From positions 9,114,001 to 9,178,000 of the forward strand of contig NC_043006.1 in assembly GCF_006345805.1 (NCBI RefSeq): DNA of 64,000 nt, written 5' to 3'. This document shows, in pieces, positions 1 through 13,264 of the stretch. How positions within the stretch are numbered: position 1 is the stretch's first letter; every line of letters begins with the position of its first letter. The notes under the pieces were generated by a model. The model was not told the origin of the DNA. It searched no databases and was given only the letters and a program-made list of their open reading frames with translations. A program made the position numbers and the translations under genes. This DNA comes from Octopus sinensis. Its lineage: Eukaryota.

Positions 1-82
1 TAAAGTGGTTTTCCTTTGATCGGATCAACTGACGGAGTAATTTTTGATGTGCGAATTCTTTTCAATTTCTTTTTCTTACTAC

Positions 83-433
83 GGTACTCTGTCCGTTACG
101 ACAACGAGGGATCAAATTGATCTAATGAACGGAATAGCCTGCTCGTGAAATTATCGTGCAAGAGGCTGAGTACTCCACAGCACGTGTACCCTCACCGTAG
201 TTCTCGGGGTGATTCAGCGTGACACAGAGCGTGACACTGCTGGCCCCCTTTGAAATACAGATAAAACAGAAACAAAGAGTGAGAGATAGTTGTGTTGAAG
301 GAGTACAGCACGGTTCGCCAACACCCCCTGCCGCAGCCTTGTGAAGCTCGATGTGTTTTCGATCAATGAACATTCACAACGCCCGGTGTGGGAATCGAAA
401 CCGCGATCCTGTAACTGGGCCATTGCGCCTCCA
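83..433 (-). mobile_element. tRNA-derived SINE family A (tail type 1), with ~24-bp deletion in the head
   Basis: Minus strand starts GGAGGCGCAATGGCCCAG with B-box GGTTTCGATTCCC. Colinear with the copy at 6793-7186 along its whole length. Confidence 0.85.
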
Positions 434-1379
434 GTGTGCGAATGTGTATAATAATAATGTATACACGAGTGCATGAAAATTCCACTTTCTCTCATTATAT
501 AATGCAATGAAAGCATGTTGTTTACCTCATGGATTTCAATAGTAAATTAACTTTTATGTTATAGTTCTCTCTGCTAAACTACATTTACAAATACGGAATG
601 TTGTTTCTTATAAAACTCCTATAGGCAGAACAAATAAGCACCAATGTATGTATGTTTGCTTCTGTACATGTATCTATGTTTGCGTGCGTGCTTGTGTGTG
701 TGCATGTGTGTGCTGTATGCAGGAGAATTTGTTATTGGAGATACACCTGTATTTGAAAAAACACCTGTGTTTGAAAAACCTGTAGTTGTTTTCAAATGGA
801 TTTATTCCCATTCAAAGCAAACCAGTTTCAAATTGTTTTTTTGTTTATCAAATATATAAGACAATGAGTGTTTAACAGAGTTTAAACTTACGGAGTCGAA
901 ATCTAACAAACATGTTTAAATGATGAAATGTTCACATAAAATTCAGTAACGGACACAACATCAAATTAGATGTTCAGCAAAGAATATAAGGTTACATTAC
1001 ATTAAATTCGGCGAGATTGTGTTTATTTTTTTATTGAATAAATGGACAAGAGTGAGAAAACAAATGTTTTTAACAGTTTCTGGCGTCTTGCATGTAGTGT
1101 ATTTTTATCCATCGCGTACTGATCTATCTACTTTTAACTGAGGTCTTGCGGACTCGAAACAAAGGCGACTGAAGAAGGGGAATTTTCCTTGTTTTGTATG
1201 TCCTTGTTTAAGAAAAATGTCCATTTCCTTGGTTTTGTGTTTGTGTTTTCGTTTCTCATTGTGTTCGACGTTTTGTTTGGTGTCCTGTACACATATATGC
1301 ATGTATATATACATGTAGAGGTAGGTACGTACATATATGTATGTATATATGCATATGTTTTATTTATTTATTAGTTCCT

Positions 1380-1451
<72 letters not shown>

Positions 1452-1549
1452 CCCGAAGAACTGTACACACACTGTAGATAATTGTAAATTAGGCGCTTAT
1501 TAAAATACATTTCGTTTTCAATATTTATTAGAATTTACAGATATTTTTT

Positions 1550-2030
1550 ATTGTTTTGTCAACAAATATTTTCAAACTGACGTCTGTTCCGGTCCAGGCA
1601 ATGCTGACAGCGCGAAGGAATGAAATCGCAAACATCATGAAACAATTCGTTTGGTATTTGAGTGCATTCTCTTTCAATGGCTGCTCTCAAATCAGCGACT
1701 GCTGCAGGTTTCATAGCGTAGTCTTTGTCTTTTAGATATCCCCATAAAAAAGTCAAGTGGTGTGAGGTCTGTTGAACGTGTTAGGTATTCAACGAAACTC
1801 CTTCGTCCAATCCTCTTGTTTAGCAAGATTATATCATGGAAGGATCTAACATCGCAGTGGCTGTGTAGAGGTGTCCCATCTTGATGAAAACAAAACTCCT
1901 CATCTTCAAAGTCTTCTCCAATGCTTGGCATGACAGACTGTTGCAGCAAGTTCAACAAAATAGGACCAGTCACAGTAGCGTAAAAAAATAGTAACTTATA
2001 GTAATTTGATGCAGGTAGATTGTCCAAGCC
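1550..2030 (-). mobile_element. Tc1/mariner (DD37D/maT-like) transposase C-terminal relic, frameshifted
   Basis: ORFs 1692-2027 and 1559-1756 give FHQDGTPLH...RIGR...[11 protein letters not shown] / [11 protein letters not shown], matching the FQQDGAPPH...[20 protein letters not shown] motif. Confidence 0.85.
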
Positions 2031-2825
2031 CCACCAACCTTTAATTCATGCAAGTGGAAAATCTTCATTATTTATGGAGTAACACAGTATATTGACAATA
2101 TTAAAAATAAGGATTACTCCGAAATAGGAATTGCATTACTTTTAATTCTTTAATTATGTAATGCCTATTCAGGCGAACACCTGTTTCAATTATACGGATT
2201 AGTAAACGTTGCCATTCCAATCTTACTATAAAACGGTGTCATCTCTTCGGGATCATAACTTGATATCCCTCGGTATGACTGTTTAATGATTTTCTATTAG
2301 AGACTCATGAGTTATATAATGTAGAGTTGTCCGTTAAGTCAGAAACGAACAATCTCTATTTCAAGTTTCTATTGGATGACCGTTTTCAGTCTATGATTTC
2401 AAAATCCTTGTATAGCCTAAATGATAATTACTCATTTATATTTGGCAAACGTAAATTCCTTTATGTGCAATTATCCCAATGCTTGCTCCCGCCTAGAATT
2501 TATTACATTTCTCTTGGATGTAAAAATCCTACAAAATTCTTCTTCACATAGTTCACATCTATTGGTTCTAGTTCCCTATGGTTTTGAAGTACAAATTATT
2601 TCTAAGAGCAGATTAATTTGCTAAGATTCATTTGGAGAATTTTATTTTTGTCCTTAAGTGGACTGAAATGATTTGTCAGTCACCTTTAGAAAGTTAATGA
2701 CGTCCCACCAATGTGAAGGAATTCCGGACCGTCAGATGTAACTATACATATGTATATTATATTTCTAGTATTACGCTTATTTTTCATAAGAGAATTCCCG
2801 TTTAGAACAATTGCAGCAATTGCAA

Positions 2826-2870
<45 letters not shown>

Positions 2871-3558
2871 ATGTGTGTGTGTGGGTGTGTGATGTTTGTC
2901 TGCCAGTATATAAGTGTGTGTAAGCATATGCGTATGTGTTTGTAGTTGCATACATATAAACATCATCGTGCACATAAATATATATGTGGGTGGTGTGTGC
3001 GTACGTGTGTGTGTATGCGTGTGTGAGTGTGTGTGTGTGAGGTGCCTAAATGTATGGAAGAGTATGTGCTTATAATAGATAATGTATACTTCACGCTTTT
3101 TGTGGGGGCGTTACTATCATACCTCATTACAAATCGCATTATTTTCTTTCTCGACGCCCTTTCAGTTTTTCTTTTCTTTCTTTTGTCCCAATGTACACAA
3201 TGTCATTTGTGTGAAACAGAATTATTTAATTGATCAATTACTTAATTAATATGATCGTTGGTTTGAATATCATTTACTGATGTTTATTGATTAAATATTT
3301 TAATGCAATTAACTATTTCTAACAAAGCAAGATGTTGTGACTCGTGACCTTTTTTGAAATCCATATTGTTCACCTTGATCTAATTAGCTCAGACAAGTCA
3401 ATAATACCATGAAATGAATTATAATCACGTTTAAATACGTTCTTTATGTTGTTCGTTATTCGTCATCAAACAAGTAATTCATTGTATCGTCCGAATGCTA
3501 TGATGGGAGTGGTTAGTCTGCAAATTCCATAGAAAGCCTATAACATACATGCATACGT

Positions 3559-3563
3559 ATATA

Positions 3564-3614
<51 letters not shown>

Positions 3615-3657
3615 TATATATACATATATATATATACATACATGTATATATATATAT

Positions 3658-3702
<45 letters not shown>

Positions 3703-3723
3703 TATATATATATACATACATGT

Positions 3724-3758
<35 letters not shown>

Positions 3759-3791
3759 TATATATATTATGTATGTATGTATGTATGTATG

Positions 3792-3823
<32 letters not shown>

Positions 3824-3889
3824 TATTTATTTATATATGTATGTATGTATTATATATATATATATAATATATATATATATACATATGTA

Positions 3890-3929
<40 letters not shown>

Positions 3930-3968
3930 GTATATATGTATATATATTATATATATATACATATATAT

Positions 3969-4037
<69 letters not shown>
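3559..4037. repeat. Long compound (TA)n/(TATG)n microsatellite
   Basis: Directly visible dinucleotide array. Confidence 0.95.
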
Positions 4038-4038
<1 letters not shown>

Positions 4039-4284
4039 TTGAGATTTCTTTCCTGTTCTGGAATTATTCTGTCGGGCATTGGTCTTTGCACTTTATGTTT
4101 ATGTATATTAAAAAATTGACGTTTATATAAAGAAAATTATGCTTCATTTAAATACTCAAAATAATTTTTCCGTATCTATTGATGATGTGTTGCATATGCA
4201 GCAATGGTCACGTGATATACATGACAAATTAATATTTTCTTGAATGCGGCTTATATGTGTATTATTTATTGTAGTTAATATCGT

Positions 4285-4480
4285 TATTCTTTCAAGTTTT
4301 GGCAAACGTTCAGCAGTTTTGCGGTGAGGGTCAAATCGATTTCATCGCCCCCAGGTACTTGACTGCAACTGTCACTTTTCGACCTTCTAGGAACGAAAAG
4401 CAAATTAACATCGTCGGAATTTGAACCCAGAAAATAAGGAACCTGGTTAAATACTACTAAACATGTTGTTCGACGTTCTA
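4285..4480 (-). mobile_element. Old degenerate SINE family B copy
   Basis: Reverse complement contains TTCTGGGTTCAAATTCCGACGA...TTTGCTTTTCGTTCC...GGTCGA...GGGGGCGATGAAATCGA, similar to 24261-24487. Confidence 0.55.
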
Positions 4481-5094
4481 ATTTAGGTGTATTTCAAGAG
4501 ATTTGTAATCGAATGTGTCCCTTGGCAATTATACTGGACTTATATAATGGGTGTTTGATTTTAGACATGATCTTTAGAACTCAAGAATAGTTCGATTTAT
4601 ATTCTACAGTGCAGTTAAAGAGTTAAAGATAAATGGACATACATATCTCCGTTTTATAACAAATGTCTGTGTTTTATATCTAGAATAAGTCCTGTATGCA
4701 CTTCCTAAGGAATTAAAGGTGTGCATCTATGACGTTTTTTTCTAGTATTTAAGGTATCACAATGAAATATTTCTTCTTTGGATTTAAACCCTAGCAGATT
4801 AATTGCTCTTATGGCGTACCTACCTTTTTAGTTGGAACGGAAGCTATTTTCAATAATCTGTAAAAAATTCTGCCGTTTTTAACATCATCTGTACCTCTTG
4901 TTTATATCGTATTTAAATAGATGCGCGTTAAATGCCTCACCTACTAAAGGGAAGGCACCACTTGATTCAGAATATACTGTATAGAATGTGAGCTGTTACA
5001 CGTATAGTATTATGATCAGCTGAGCCACAGGGGTATTCATTTCGCCCATGATTTCTCTCTATTTTCCCTTTCAATTTTCCGTGATTCTTAATTT

Positions 5095-5096
<2 letters not shown>

Positions 5097-5134
<38 letters not shown>

Positions 5135-5139
5135 CCACC

Positions 5140-5173
<34 letters not shown>

Positions 5174-5212
5174 TTATAATCATTATCATCAACACTATTA
5201 TTATTATTACTT
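5097..5212. repeat. (CAT)n/(CAC)n/(TAT)n trinucleotide array at the 3' tail of the R4/Dong element
   Basis: Visible array directly adjoining the 3' UTR of the minus-strand LINE fragment. Confidence 0.9.
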
Positions 5213-6240
5213 CTTTTTATCACAGGTTTTGTTGGAGCTCCTGGAGACTACCTGCAGACTACGGTACCATGCTATCAGTTCTTTTCAGCTGGTTCTTTCC
5301 TGATTATTCTGACCGTGCCAAGGAGGCAAGACTTTTGTAGCATTTCGACTAGGCTCTCTGTTCCAACTTATTTTATATTCCTCTTGATACATTCTGATGA
5401 TAATTCACACTATCTCTACCTTCTTCATGTTCCATAGTCGGGCTTTTTTTTACTATGTAGCTATATATTTTTTCGCCTTCTTTCTTGACTATTCGTTAGT
5501 TAAAGGGGCTGCAAAATAAACTATATATCATACGTGGTGTACCTTATCCACCACCACTAGGACCACTATATGGAAGAGGATTATGCTAGACTCCGACTCC
5601 GCCACTATCTACGGCTTGTGCTTACAGCACATGATGCTTATCTCTAGCCCCAACTTTTAGCACAGTTTCCAGTCGAGCACTGTCCCTAACTGGACGTGTA
5701 GCCACAACCTGTAGTGGCTTTGGGCAAGTCTAGGGCATCCGTTTGTGATATGGGCAATGGTCTCATCCACTCTATTGCAACTTGCTCATTCCTTAAGTTG
5801 AACCACCAATGCATGGCCAATGCTTGGTATTGCACTGCCAATGTAGTGCACTAGGACTTTGTTTTAGTGCTCCTTTCATCAGCGAATCCTGCCTATTTTT
5901 CCAGGAAATTCTCTTTTGGTTACATGGAATTGTAGTACATTCTTTTGCAATTCTTCTGCATGTCCGTTTTGTACTTCCTTTGTTTTCTATATTTCTCTAC
6001 ACTCAATGCTTCCTCTTTTCTATCTGTCACTAGGAAGGTTCTCTTAGTTTGGGCTACGTATCTCACTAAGCTCTAAATCTCGATACGCATACTTAACATC
6101 CCCTTTCTGCTATTTGCTCTATTCATGTATAGGCCATCGGTGTCTGCATGTGGATTATGGATTCTATGTATCGTTATAAGCTTTCTTCACATCCTATCCG
6201 TCGCCTTTAGCTCCTCATCTGTCCACTTCAGTATTCTAGC
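5205..6240 (-). mobile_element. R4/Dong-clade non-LTR retrotransposon, 3' part (post-RT thumb, CCHC knuckle, restriction-like endonuclease, 3' UTR), degenerate
   Basis: Minus translation: ARILKWTDEELKATDRM*RKLITIH...DTDGLY (~6240); CNRVDETIAHITNGCPRLAQSHYR (5779-5708); VVVDK...FAAP...RLWNMKKV; LQKSCLLGTVRIIRK (5340-5296). Confidence 0.85.
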
Positions 6241-6349
6241 ACCATAGCGAACTATTGCGACTGCGCACGAGTTTACTGCCGAAACTATATTTCTGGCATT
6301 CAGCTTTGAAGCCAATATTTTTGCTCGATGAGAGACATATAGATGGTTT

Positions 6350-7820
6350 AGAAGAAGACAATAAAACTAATGGTGACATGACAGATGGGAAAAGGCAATC
6401 TACGACAGAGAAAAGACAAGGGATCAGGCGATCGATAGTGACATTATTTGCAACCTTAAAACGGGTGGAAATTGAACTAAGAAGCAAAAAATGTGAATGA
6501 AATGCTGGAATACATCAGAACGGAAAACATCAAAGAAACAAACTGTTTGATAAAGGCAGCAAATATTATTGTAGCAGAAAATGTGCGTTGATGTCACGGA
6601 AAAGAGATATAATGAGAGTGACATAAAAATAGATTTATGGTGGAAATGGAGATTACAGGCAGCGTTAGATATGTTCTTGAAGGGCATTTATCTGTTAGAC
6701 TGAAAAGAGAAGATGGTGCTTAATGCGAGCAAAAACACAGGGCACTGAACTGGGAGTATGATATCGAAAGTAGGGGTTCGAAAGTGGTAATGTGATGGAT
6801 GGAAGCACTCCGTCGTTTACGACGATGAGGGTTCCGGTTGATCCGAATCAACGAAACAGCCTGCTCGTGAAATTAACGTGTAAGTGGCTGAGCACTCCAC
6901 AGACACGTGCACCCTTAACGTAGTTCTCGGGGATATTCAGCGTGAAATAGAGAGTGACAAGGCCGGCCCCTTGAAATACAGGTACAACAGAAACAGGAAG
7001 TAAGAGTGAGAGAAAGTTGTGGTGAAAGAGTACAGCAGGGATTACCACCATCACCTGTCGGAGCCTCGTGGAGCTTTTAGGTGTTTTCGCTCAATAAACA
7101 TTCACAACGCCCGGTCTGGGAATCGAAACCGCGATCCTATGACCGCGAGTCCACTACCCTAACCACTGGGCCATTGCGCCTCCACTAGTGGTAATGGAAT
7201 AACTGAAAGAAAAGAAAGCAAATGTGGTACGATACGACCAAAGCATGAAGAGATACCCGAAGTATAGTTTATTCCGGGTAGATCTGAAGAGATTCTACAA
7301 AGAAATAAATGGAGAATGTACAGTTGAAAAGTAGATACCAGATAACAATGTAAGTCAAACGTTTTGGAACAAAGACAAGGAGCACAAGAAGGATGATAAA
7401 TGGTTGCAAGTACTGAAACAAAATGTAGTCTGTCCAAAACAGAGATAATTTGTCATTTCAGTTAGGGAAGTGACAGAAATCCACAACACAAAGGGGCAAC
7501 TGGAAAGCCCCGAGACCAGATGGGGTTCATGGTTAGAAAAGGATTTGGTGAATGTCATGCACGAAGAGCTGCACAAATCAAAATTTGTTAAATACCGACT
7601 AAGTAACAGCAGAGTGGTTGAAAATGGGTAGGACAGTGTTGTGCTCGAAAAGCATCGAAAAAGGAAATACGATATCCTGCTTGCCACTTATGTGGAAGTT
7701 GTTGACTGGAATAATCCTGCCACATGTGCAGAAAGTTTGCAAGCGTAAGTACAGATTTACCAAAAAGTCAACCACTTGTTAATCATGGATGACCTCAAAA
7801 TTATGGTAAAAATGAATCCC
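6350..7820 (+). mobile_element. R4/Dong-clade non-LTR retrotransposon, 5' part (N-terminal region + deleted RT), degenerate and interrupted by a SINE
   Basis: Plus translation pieces: [81 protein letters not shown] (RT catalytic motif ~7775-7800). Confidence 0.8.
6793..7186 (-). mobile_element. Full-length SINE family A (tail type 1) with 10-bp TSD
   Basis: A box TGGCCCAGTGGTTAGG and B box GGTTTCGATTCCC. 3' hairpins GTTGAT-TCGG-ATCAAC and CGTCGT-AA-ACGACG. TSD AGTGGTAATG at 6783-6792 and 7187-7196. Confidence 0.92.
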
Positions 7821-8675
7821 CAGGCACTATTTGTTGCACAAATAAAGAATAGGAAACAAATCTAACTTCTATAACCGAAAATATAGATGAGTGTCTGGAC
7901 AGTCTACCGAGGATATTTGAAGAAATGACACATGAATGTTATGTTAGTTCTTCAAGACCAAAGACGAAGAGAATCGAGCGGAAAATTAGAGATGTGAGAT
8001 AATTGCACGCAGGCATATACGTAATAAATGGTTCGTGGAAATAGATTTATGAAGGGACATTTGCAATGAACTTGACTTTTGCTTTGGTGTCAGACATGTG
8101 GCGGAATACTCAGAGATGTTTAATTCGAGTTAAGAAAAACTTTTGTGGAAATGAGACACCTGTATTGCCAATAGACTTTATTTACAAGCCAACATCATAA
8201 GCCATTTTGAACTTGTGTCACGTTAAGGTTACTGAAATACAATTTATGTGATTAGTGTGTTGGGCGCGCGATGAAAATGCTCTTCACATTCAAAGCAGGA
8301 GAGAGAATATGAAGGGTAATACTAAGAAACCCACCCTCAATTTCCTGTAACACTGCCGCATCAATTTGGATGCTGGGGATGAAATCTTCACTTCATAAAG
8401 CTGAGAAGCTGTCTTGGTGTATCAAGAAAACAAAAATAGACCCACTGAAAATAAATGTAACGTAGCCAGAAATTGTGAGAAACGCAGGAGAAAATCCCCA
8501 CAATCACTAAAATATGGCCGTTTACTCTGGTCAGAAATTCTAACCACTACATTCTCAAAATATCCCAGGCGATAACCATTTAGCTATTACGTTCATGGAC
8601 TGAAAAATAAGGTACCGACAACAATACAGCGTGGAGCTCATTTTGTTGTATTTGTGGCTTTTGTTGGTGCTGTTG

Positions 8676-9039
8676 CTGTTACTGTTGAGCGGTCTTCGTC
8701 CCAGTGGGAGAAGTCCGAAACGTGGTCCTTTGCTATTCGTAAGACCCGCAGGAAGGAAAGCAGGTCAACCCCCGACACCGAGAGCATCGACGGAAGGATG
8801 AATGCGCATCCAGGCTCAGCGATTGCGTAGGATGCCGGGGGCAAGAAACAGGAAGAAAGCGTGAGAGAAAGTTGGGGCGAAAGAGTACAACAGGGGTCGC
8901 CACCACTCCCTGCCGGAGCCTCGTGGAGCTTTAGATCTTTTCGCTCAATAAATACACACAACACTCGGTCTGGGAATCGAAACCACGATCATCCGACCGC
9001 GAGTCCGCTACCCTAACCACTGGGCCATTGCGCCTCCAC
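8676..9039 (-). mobile_element. SINE family A head/core with a different 3' tail (tail type 2), 14-bp TSD
   Basis: Same head and core as 6793-7186 to about 8850, then an unrelated tail ending in ACAGCA-like repeats. TSD TGTTGG(T/C)GCTGTTG at 8662-8675 and 9040-9053. Confidence 0.88.
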
Positions 9040-9469
9040 TGTTGGCGCTGTTGTTTTTTATGCGAGCGTTTTTCTTGTAGATATTTGAGTGTGTAACAAG
9101 ATGTCGATCAAGCTCTTCTTGTTCAGGAAAAGATTCCATTGCATTGGAATGAGAATAACTTAAATGTTTCTTGCATAGAACCATTAATGATATGCTGTTA
9201 TCTGACACGATTTCAGCTGTCTGAAATACATTCAATAGGACGTTTACCTGACGATGTAACGTGTACAGAAGAACGCTGAACATTTTTGAAGTGTTCTTTC
9301 AGACTTATAAATGCAAATATGTGTGTAGCACAATTGTGTTTAGAGACAGGACCATCTGCAGAATTGATTTCAATTCACTCCGTATAAATATAGGAGCCAT
9401 AGATTTGACTAGTGTGTTTCACTCACGCACGATGTCGCTTTATTTCAGTTTTGTTGTTTATATGATTAT

Positions 9470-9670
9470 TGACGGCACAGAGTTCCGGAGAAAATGCTGA
9501 GCTGTATTTCTTCTGCCTGCACATTGTATGTTCAGATGCTGCCGAAGTAAATTTTTCTTTCATCCTGTCCGTAGGGGCCAATAAAATTAGTACGAGTCGA
9601 GCACTGGAGTCGACAGAATCGAGTAGACTCCTCCCACGGAAACATTTCAGGTCCTCTGCCTATAATGGAA
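9470..9670 (+). mobile_element. Old SINE family B-like copy
   Basis: GCCGAAGTAAATTTTTCTTTCATCC...AATAAAATTAGTACGAGTCGAGCACTGGAGTCGA resembles the family B central domain. Confidence 0.55.
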
Positions 9671-10350
9671 ACTATTGTCTCTTTTATCATTGAGCTTACG
9701 AGGTATATATGTATTATTTTATAAACTCTTTCATCTTGGGTTATAGAAAAAAAAAATCTGGTTTCATATGAGGATGAACGTAACTACTCATATAATTACC
9801 AAACGGTGAGTGATACACTCAACGGAAAAAAAAAAACATTTAGCAGAACCATCTTTCAAAAGTGTTAGAAAATATTACTGTAGTAATATATTCATCGCGA
9901 GAATTTGAAACCAATGTCGTCTTAGACTCAATCTTATATTAAAAGTGCCGTGAGAAAGTACAAAGAAATTGAGAATTTACATCATACGTGTGATTTGCGT
10001 TAGTTAGTCAGCGTATATCAGTGATCATGTAAGCATATTTTGTGCAGTAGCAGCATGGCGAGTTACGTGTTTTCAAGGTTATCGGTGAACGACGGTGATG
10101 TAGAGGGAATTGTGAGAGTAAGTGGAGGTTGAGGTGATTTGTATCGATAGCGTAATGAAGAATACCATAAAGACAACCCATGTAAGATGATGCGTGAAAC
10201 ATGTTCGTAAATGCAACTTGATGTTTGTTTGATGATGGGGAATGGAGCGATCCATATATATACATGTGAGTCAAGTATTAATTAGTTCCCGTCATCAGAG
10301 CCCATTTATTTCCTTCTAATCCCAATTTGTTTGTTTTTTATTGCTTATTT

Positions 10351-11020
10351 ATAAAGAGTGCGGTGAGTATATTGCCGTCTAAATTACACAAAAATGAAAA
10401 TAATACTGACATCTCATTTTAAGAGATATATTTACGAAAATTACATAAAAGATATTTTGAAACACTAAACAGTAAATTTATTCAATAAAATCGGTATTGC
10501 CTTAACCACAGCCTCCAGGCCACTTCGGAATCTCTTACAAGTCTTCTGGACGATTTCCTCGTTTTGTTGGTGAATGCTGCCATAATCCTTGCCTTCAACT
10601 CATCTTTGGTGTTACAAAGAGTTTAGTTACTCCCTCTCTCAACTGCGCCCCACTCATAATTATCAAGGAGTTTGCAGTCTGGGGAGTTAGGTGGCTAGAT
10701 CTTAGGTGTGATGTGGTCGCAGAATTTGTGTGATAGCCATAACTGAGTACTCCTTCTTGTGTGTCATGTTTAAAGATTCCTGTATCCAGACGTAGGGTCT
10801 TCCAGCAGCCACACTCTTGACCCAGGGCGGCACTACTTTCTCCAGGCACTTGAGTTTGAGATCGGGTGGAAAGATGTATGGAGGCATATCTTCACCATAT
10901 CTATAGTGATCACTTCAAACACCCTGATGTTGACTCGATGTTTGATTTATATCACTCTCGGTACATGTTTTGGGGACACGGCAAGCCAACGGTTGTTCTA
11001 TGTGTTCACCATTTATTCGT
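10351..11020 (-). mobile_element. maT/DD37D (Bmmar1-like) mariner transposase 3' relic
   Basis: Minus translation: NNRWLAVSPKHVPRV, MPPYIFP...KCLEKVVPPWVKSVAAGRPYVW, NSPDCKLLDNYEWGAVERE, CNTKDELKARIMAAFT. Confidence 0.88.
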
Positions 11021-12859
11021 ATTGAAGCTTCCGGCATGAATGCCAAGCAGTACTACATGTCGTTTCCAAATATCTGGCAGAATGAATTGAATTATGAGGC
11101 TGTTTTTCTCAAAGATATTACCCAACTATTCCTACTATTTGTGTAGTCGACAAAAAAAAAAAATCAATGGCCATGTACGAAATTAAAAGTTTTAAATGGC
11201 AACAATTTACCCATCGCATGCTGTATATAAGTACTTAGATTATTAATGCGAATATTTGTATCAAATTTTGATAAGCTTCATTTCCTTCGAACAGAATTAA
11301 AGCTGGCGAAGTGTAACACAAGTTATAATGTAACGAGTCGATATCAAATAAAGAACTTCTTTTTCTTTGATGAAAACATCAGCTGCAAAATGGTGAGGAC
11401 AGTGTATCTTAAATGTAGTCTCTTTTTTGTTATTTTGCATGGTTATTTCTTTTACAATTGTGATCACACAGTGAAACTTCGATTTCAATTCAATTAAACT
11501 GTTTTTTTTTGTATGTAAAAATTGTAATAGAATAAAAGATAGGGCTAACTAATGAAGACGTCAGGTATTTTAAAATCATTTAGGAGTAAATTATTCAATG
11601 GGTCATTTACGGATTACAGAGTTATATTCTGATCCGAAGTCGATCTGGTTGCAGCTTTTATTACGTTGAAGGGCCACACATAACGACAACTGCGCTGACT
11701 ACAAACTATAGAGAAGTAAGGTGTATGAATATGTATTTGTACTTAAAGTAAAGTTTGTGCACATGTTTTAGGGGTGGGTGTGTCTCTTCATTTATTTGTG
11801 CATGAGTGGTTAGAAGGGACGGGCAGTATTTTATTTGATATGCTGCAGTTATTCACTTTATTTGTCAGACCATCTCCGTTTTCAGTGCGATTTGTTTGAG
11901 TGGAAATTCTTTATTCTAAATTGAGAAATATTATTTCTTGTATTAAACGTATATTTATACCAATAATGCTTCACCACTGATTAACTCCGATTTAATACAA
12001 GTTCGCCGTACCTGACGCACCTTACTAGCTATCAGTTATTTGGCTTTAGGGAAAATCGAATTACTTTATTTCCACTCGTTAAGATTTCACCATTCACTAT
12101 AGATAAGATAAGTACAGTTTTCCATCTCAAACTGAAATTCTGAAAAGAGATTCTAAATCAAAAGAACATTTTTGTTTCATACACTTCTGCATATTCACCA
12201 TCACCTATCGCAATACTGTACAAAAATTCTCTAAATAAAATAGTAAAAGGAAAATTTGATAAAACAGTAATGTTACATTATTTTCTTTGCTAATAATTAT
12301 TTTAAAAAATTGAATATATTTATCTACAATGGACTCTCCTGGGTTTGTAATTTGTTTCGCAGAAATCTTTTGATCAGCGACCTTTAAATATATTCATATG
12401 GGTGCAGCAAAGTTTTGCGTTTCTTTCATCTTTCAACCTTCACAAACTCGATTCCAGCTATAGTTGTTGTTTGTTTGGCATTTGCCTCCGATTGGTAACA
12501 ATTCCAAGTCGAGAAGGAATAGGAAAAATGAATGATAGAGAGAAACAAACTTTCAAAATAACGAGAGAAGGAACACAAAAAGTTAGCATTGAGGAAGAAA
12601 TGTTAACCTCAGAGAAAAGTAGGTTATTTATGTGTGTGTGCGCGCGAGCGTGCGTGTCTGAGTATAAGCGCTGAGACAGTGAGAGAGTGAGAGAGAGAGA
12701 GAGAAAGAGAAAGAGAAAGAGAGAGAGAAAGAAAAAAGAAGAGAGATAGAAATCACCATCAGAATATTTCTGGTGTGTTAACAGTGTTCTGTTTCGTTAA
12801 CCAACTCAATTCATCTTCAGTATTCGTGTATATCACAATTACCTTTCCCAAAATATAAT

Positions 12860-13005
12860 CTGTGTGGTAGGTAGCTTGCTTACCAACAACATACTCATGG
12901 GTTCAGTCCCACTGCGTGGAACCTTGGGCAAGTGCCTTCTACTATAGCCTCGGGCCGACCAAAGCCTTGTGAGTGGATTTGGTAGATGGAAACTGGAAGC
13001 CCGTC

Positions 13006-13037
<32 letters not shown>

Positions 13038-13264
13038 GTGCGTGTGTGTGTGTGTGTGCATGCTTATGTATATGTCTTTGTCTCCCCAGCATGGCTTTGC
13101 AATTGATACTGATGTGTTTATATCCTCGTAACTTAGCTGCTCGGCTTAATCCACCGATAGAATAAGTACTAGGCTTACAGAAAATAAACTCTGAGGTCAA
13201 TCTGCTCGACTAAAGGCGGTGTTCCAGCATAGCCGCAGTCAAATGACTGAAAAAAATAAAAGAA
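12860..13264 (+). mobile_element. Near full-length SINE family D with internal (TA)n(TG)n microsatellite
   Basis: Head GGGTTCAGTCCCACTGCGTGG..CCTTGGGCAAGTG..TTCTACTATAGCC, internal microsatellite, tail GACTAAAGGCGGTGTTCCAGCAT...CAAATGACTGAAA. Head shared with 20591, 41135 and 47126. Confidence 0.88.

Noticed and set aside
1460-2200. TIRs for the mariner relics (also around 46470 and 47110)
   Set aside because: The ends could not be matched convincingly by eye, so only transposase remnants are reported.
3479-4130. Many YI/IY/CV/HT-repeat ORFs here and throughout the ORF track
   Set aside because: They are translations of (TA)n, (TG)n and (TCTA)n microsatellites, with no coding signal.
7090-7186. 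tRNA-like sequences (also ~8960-9039, 12860-12920, 24133-24200)
   Set aside because: They are SINE heads with A/B boxes. There is no complete cloverleaf, and they continue into SINE bodies with TSDs.
7830-8630. Continuation of the R4/Dong ORF
   Set aside because: No diagnostic motifs were recovered in translation; left unassigned.
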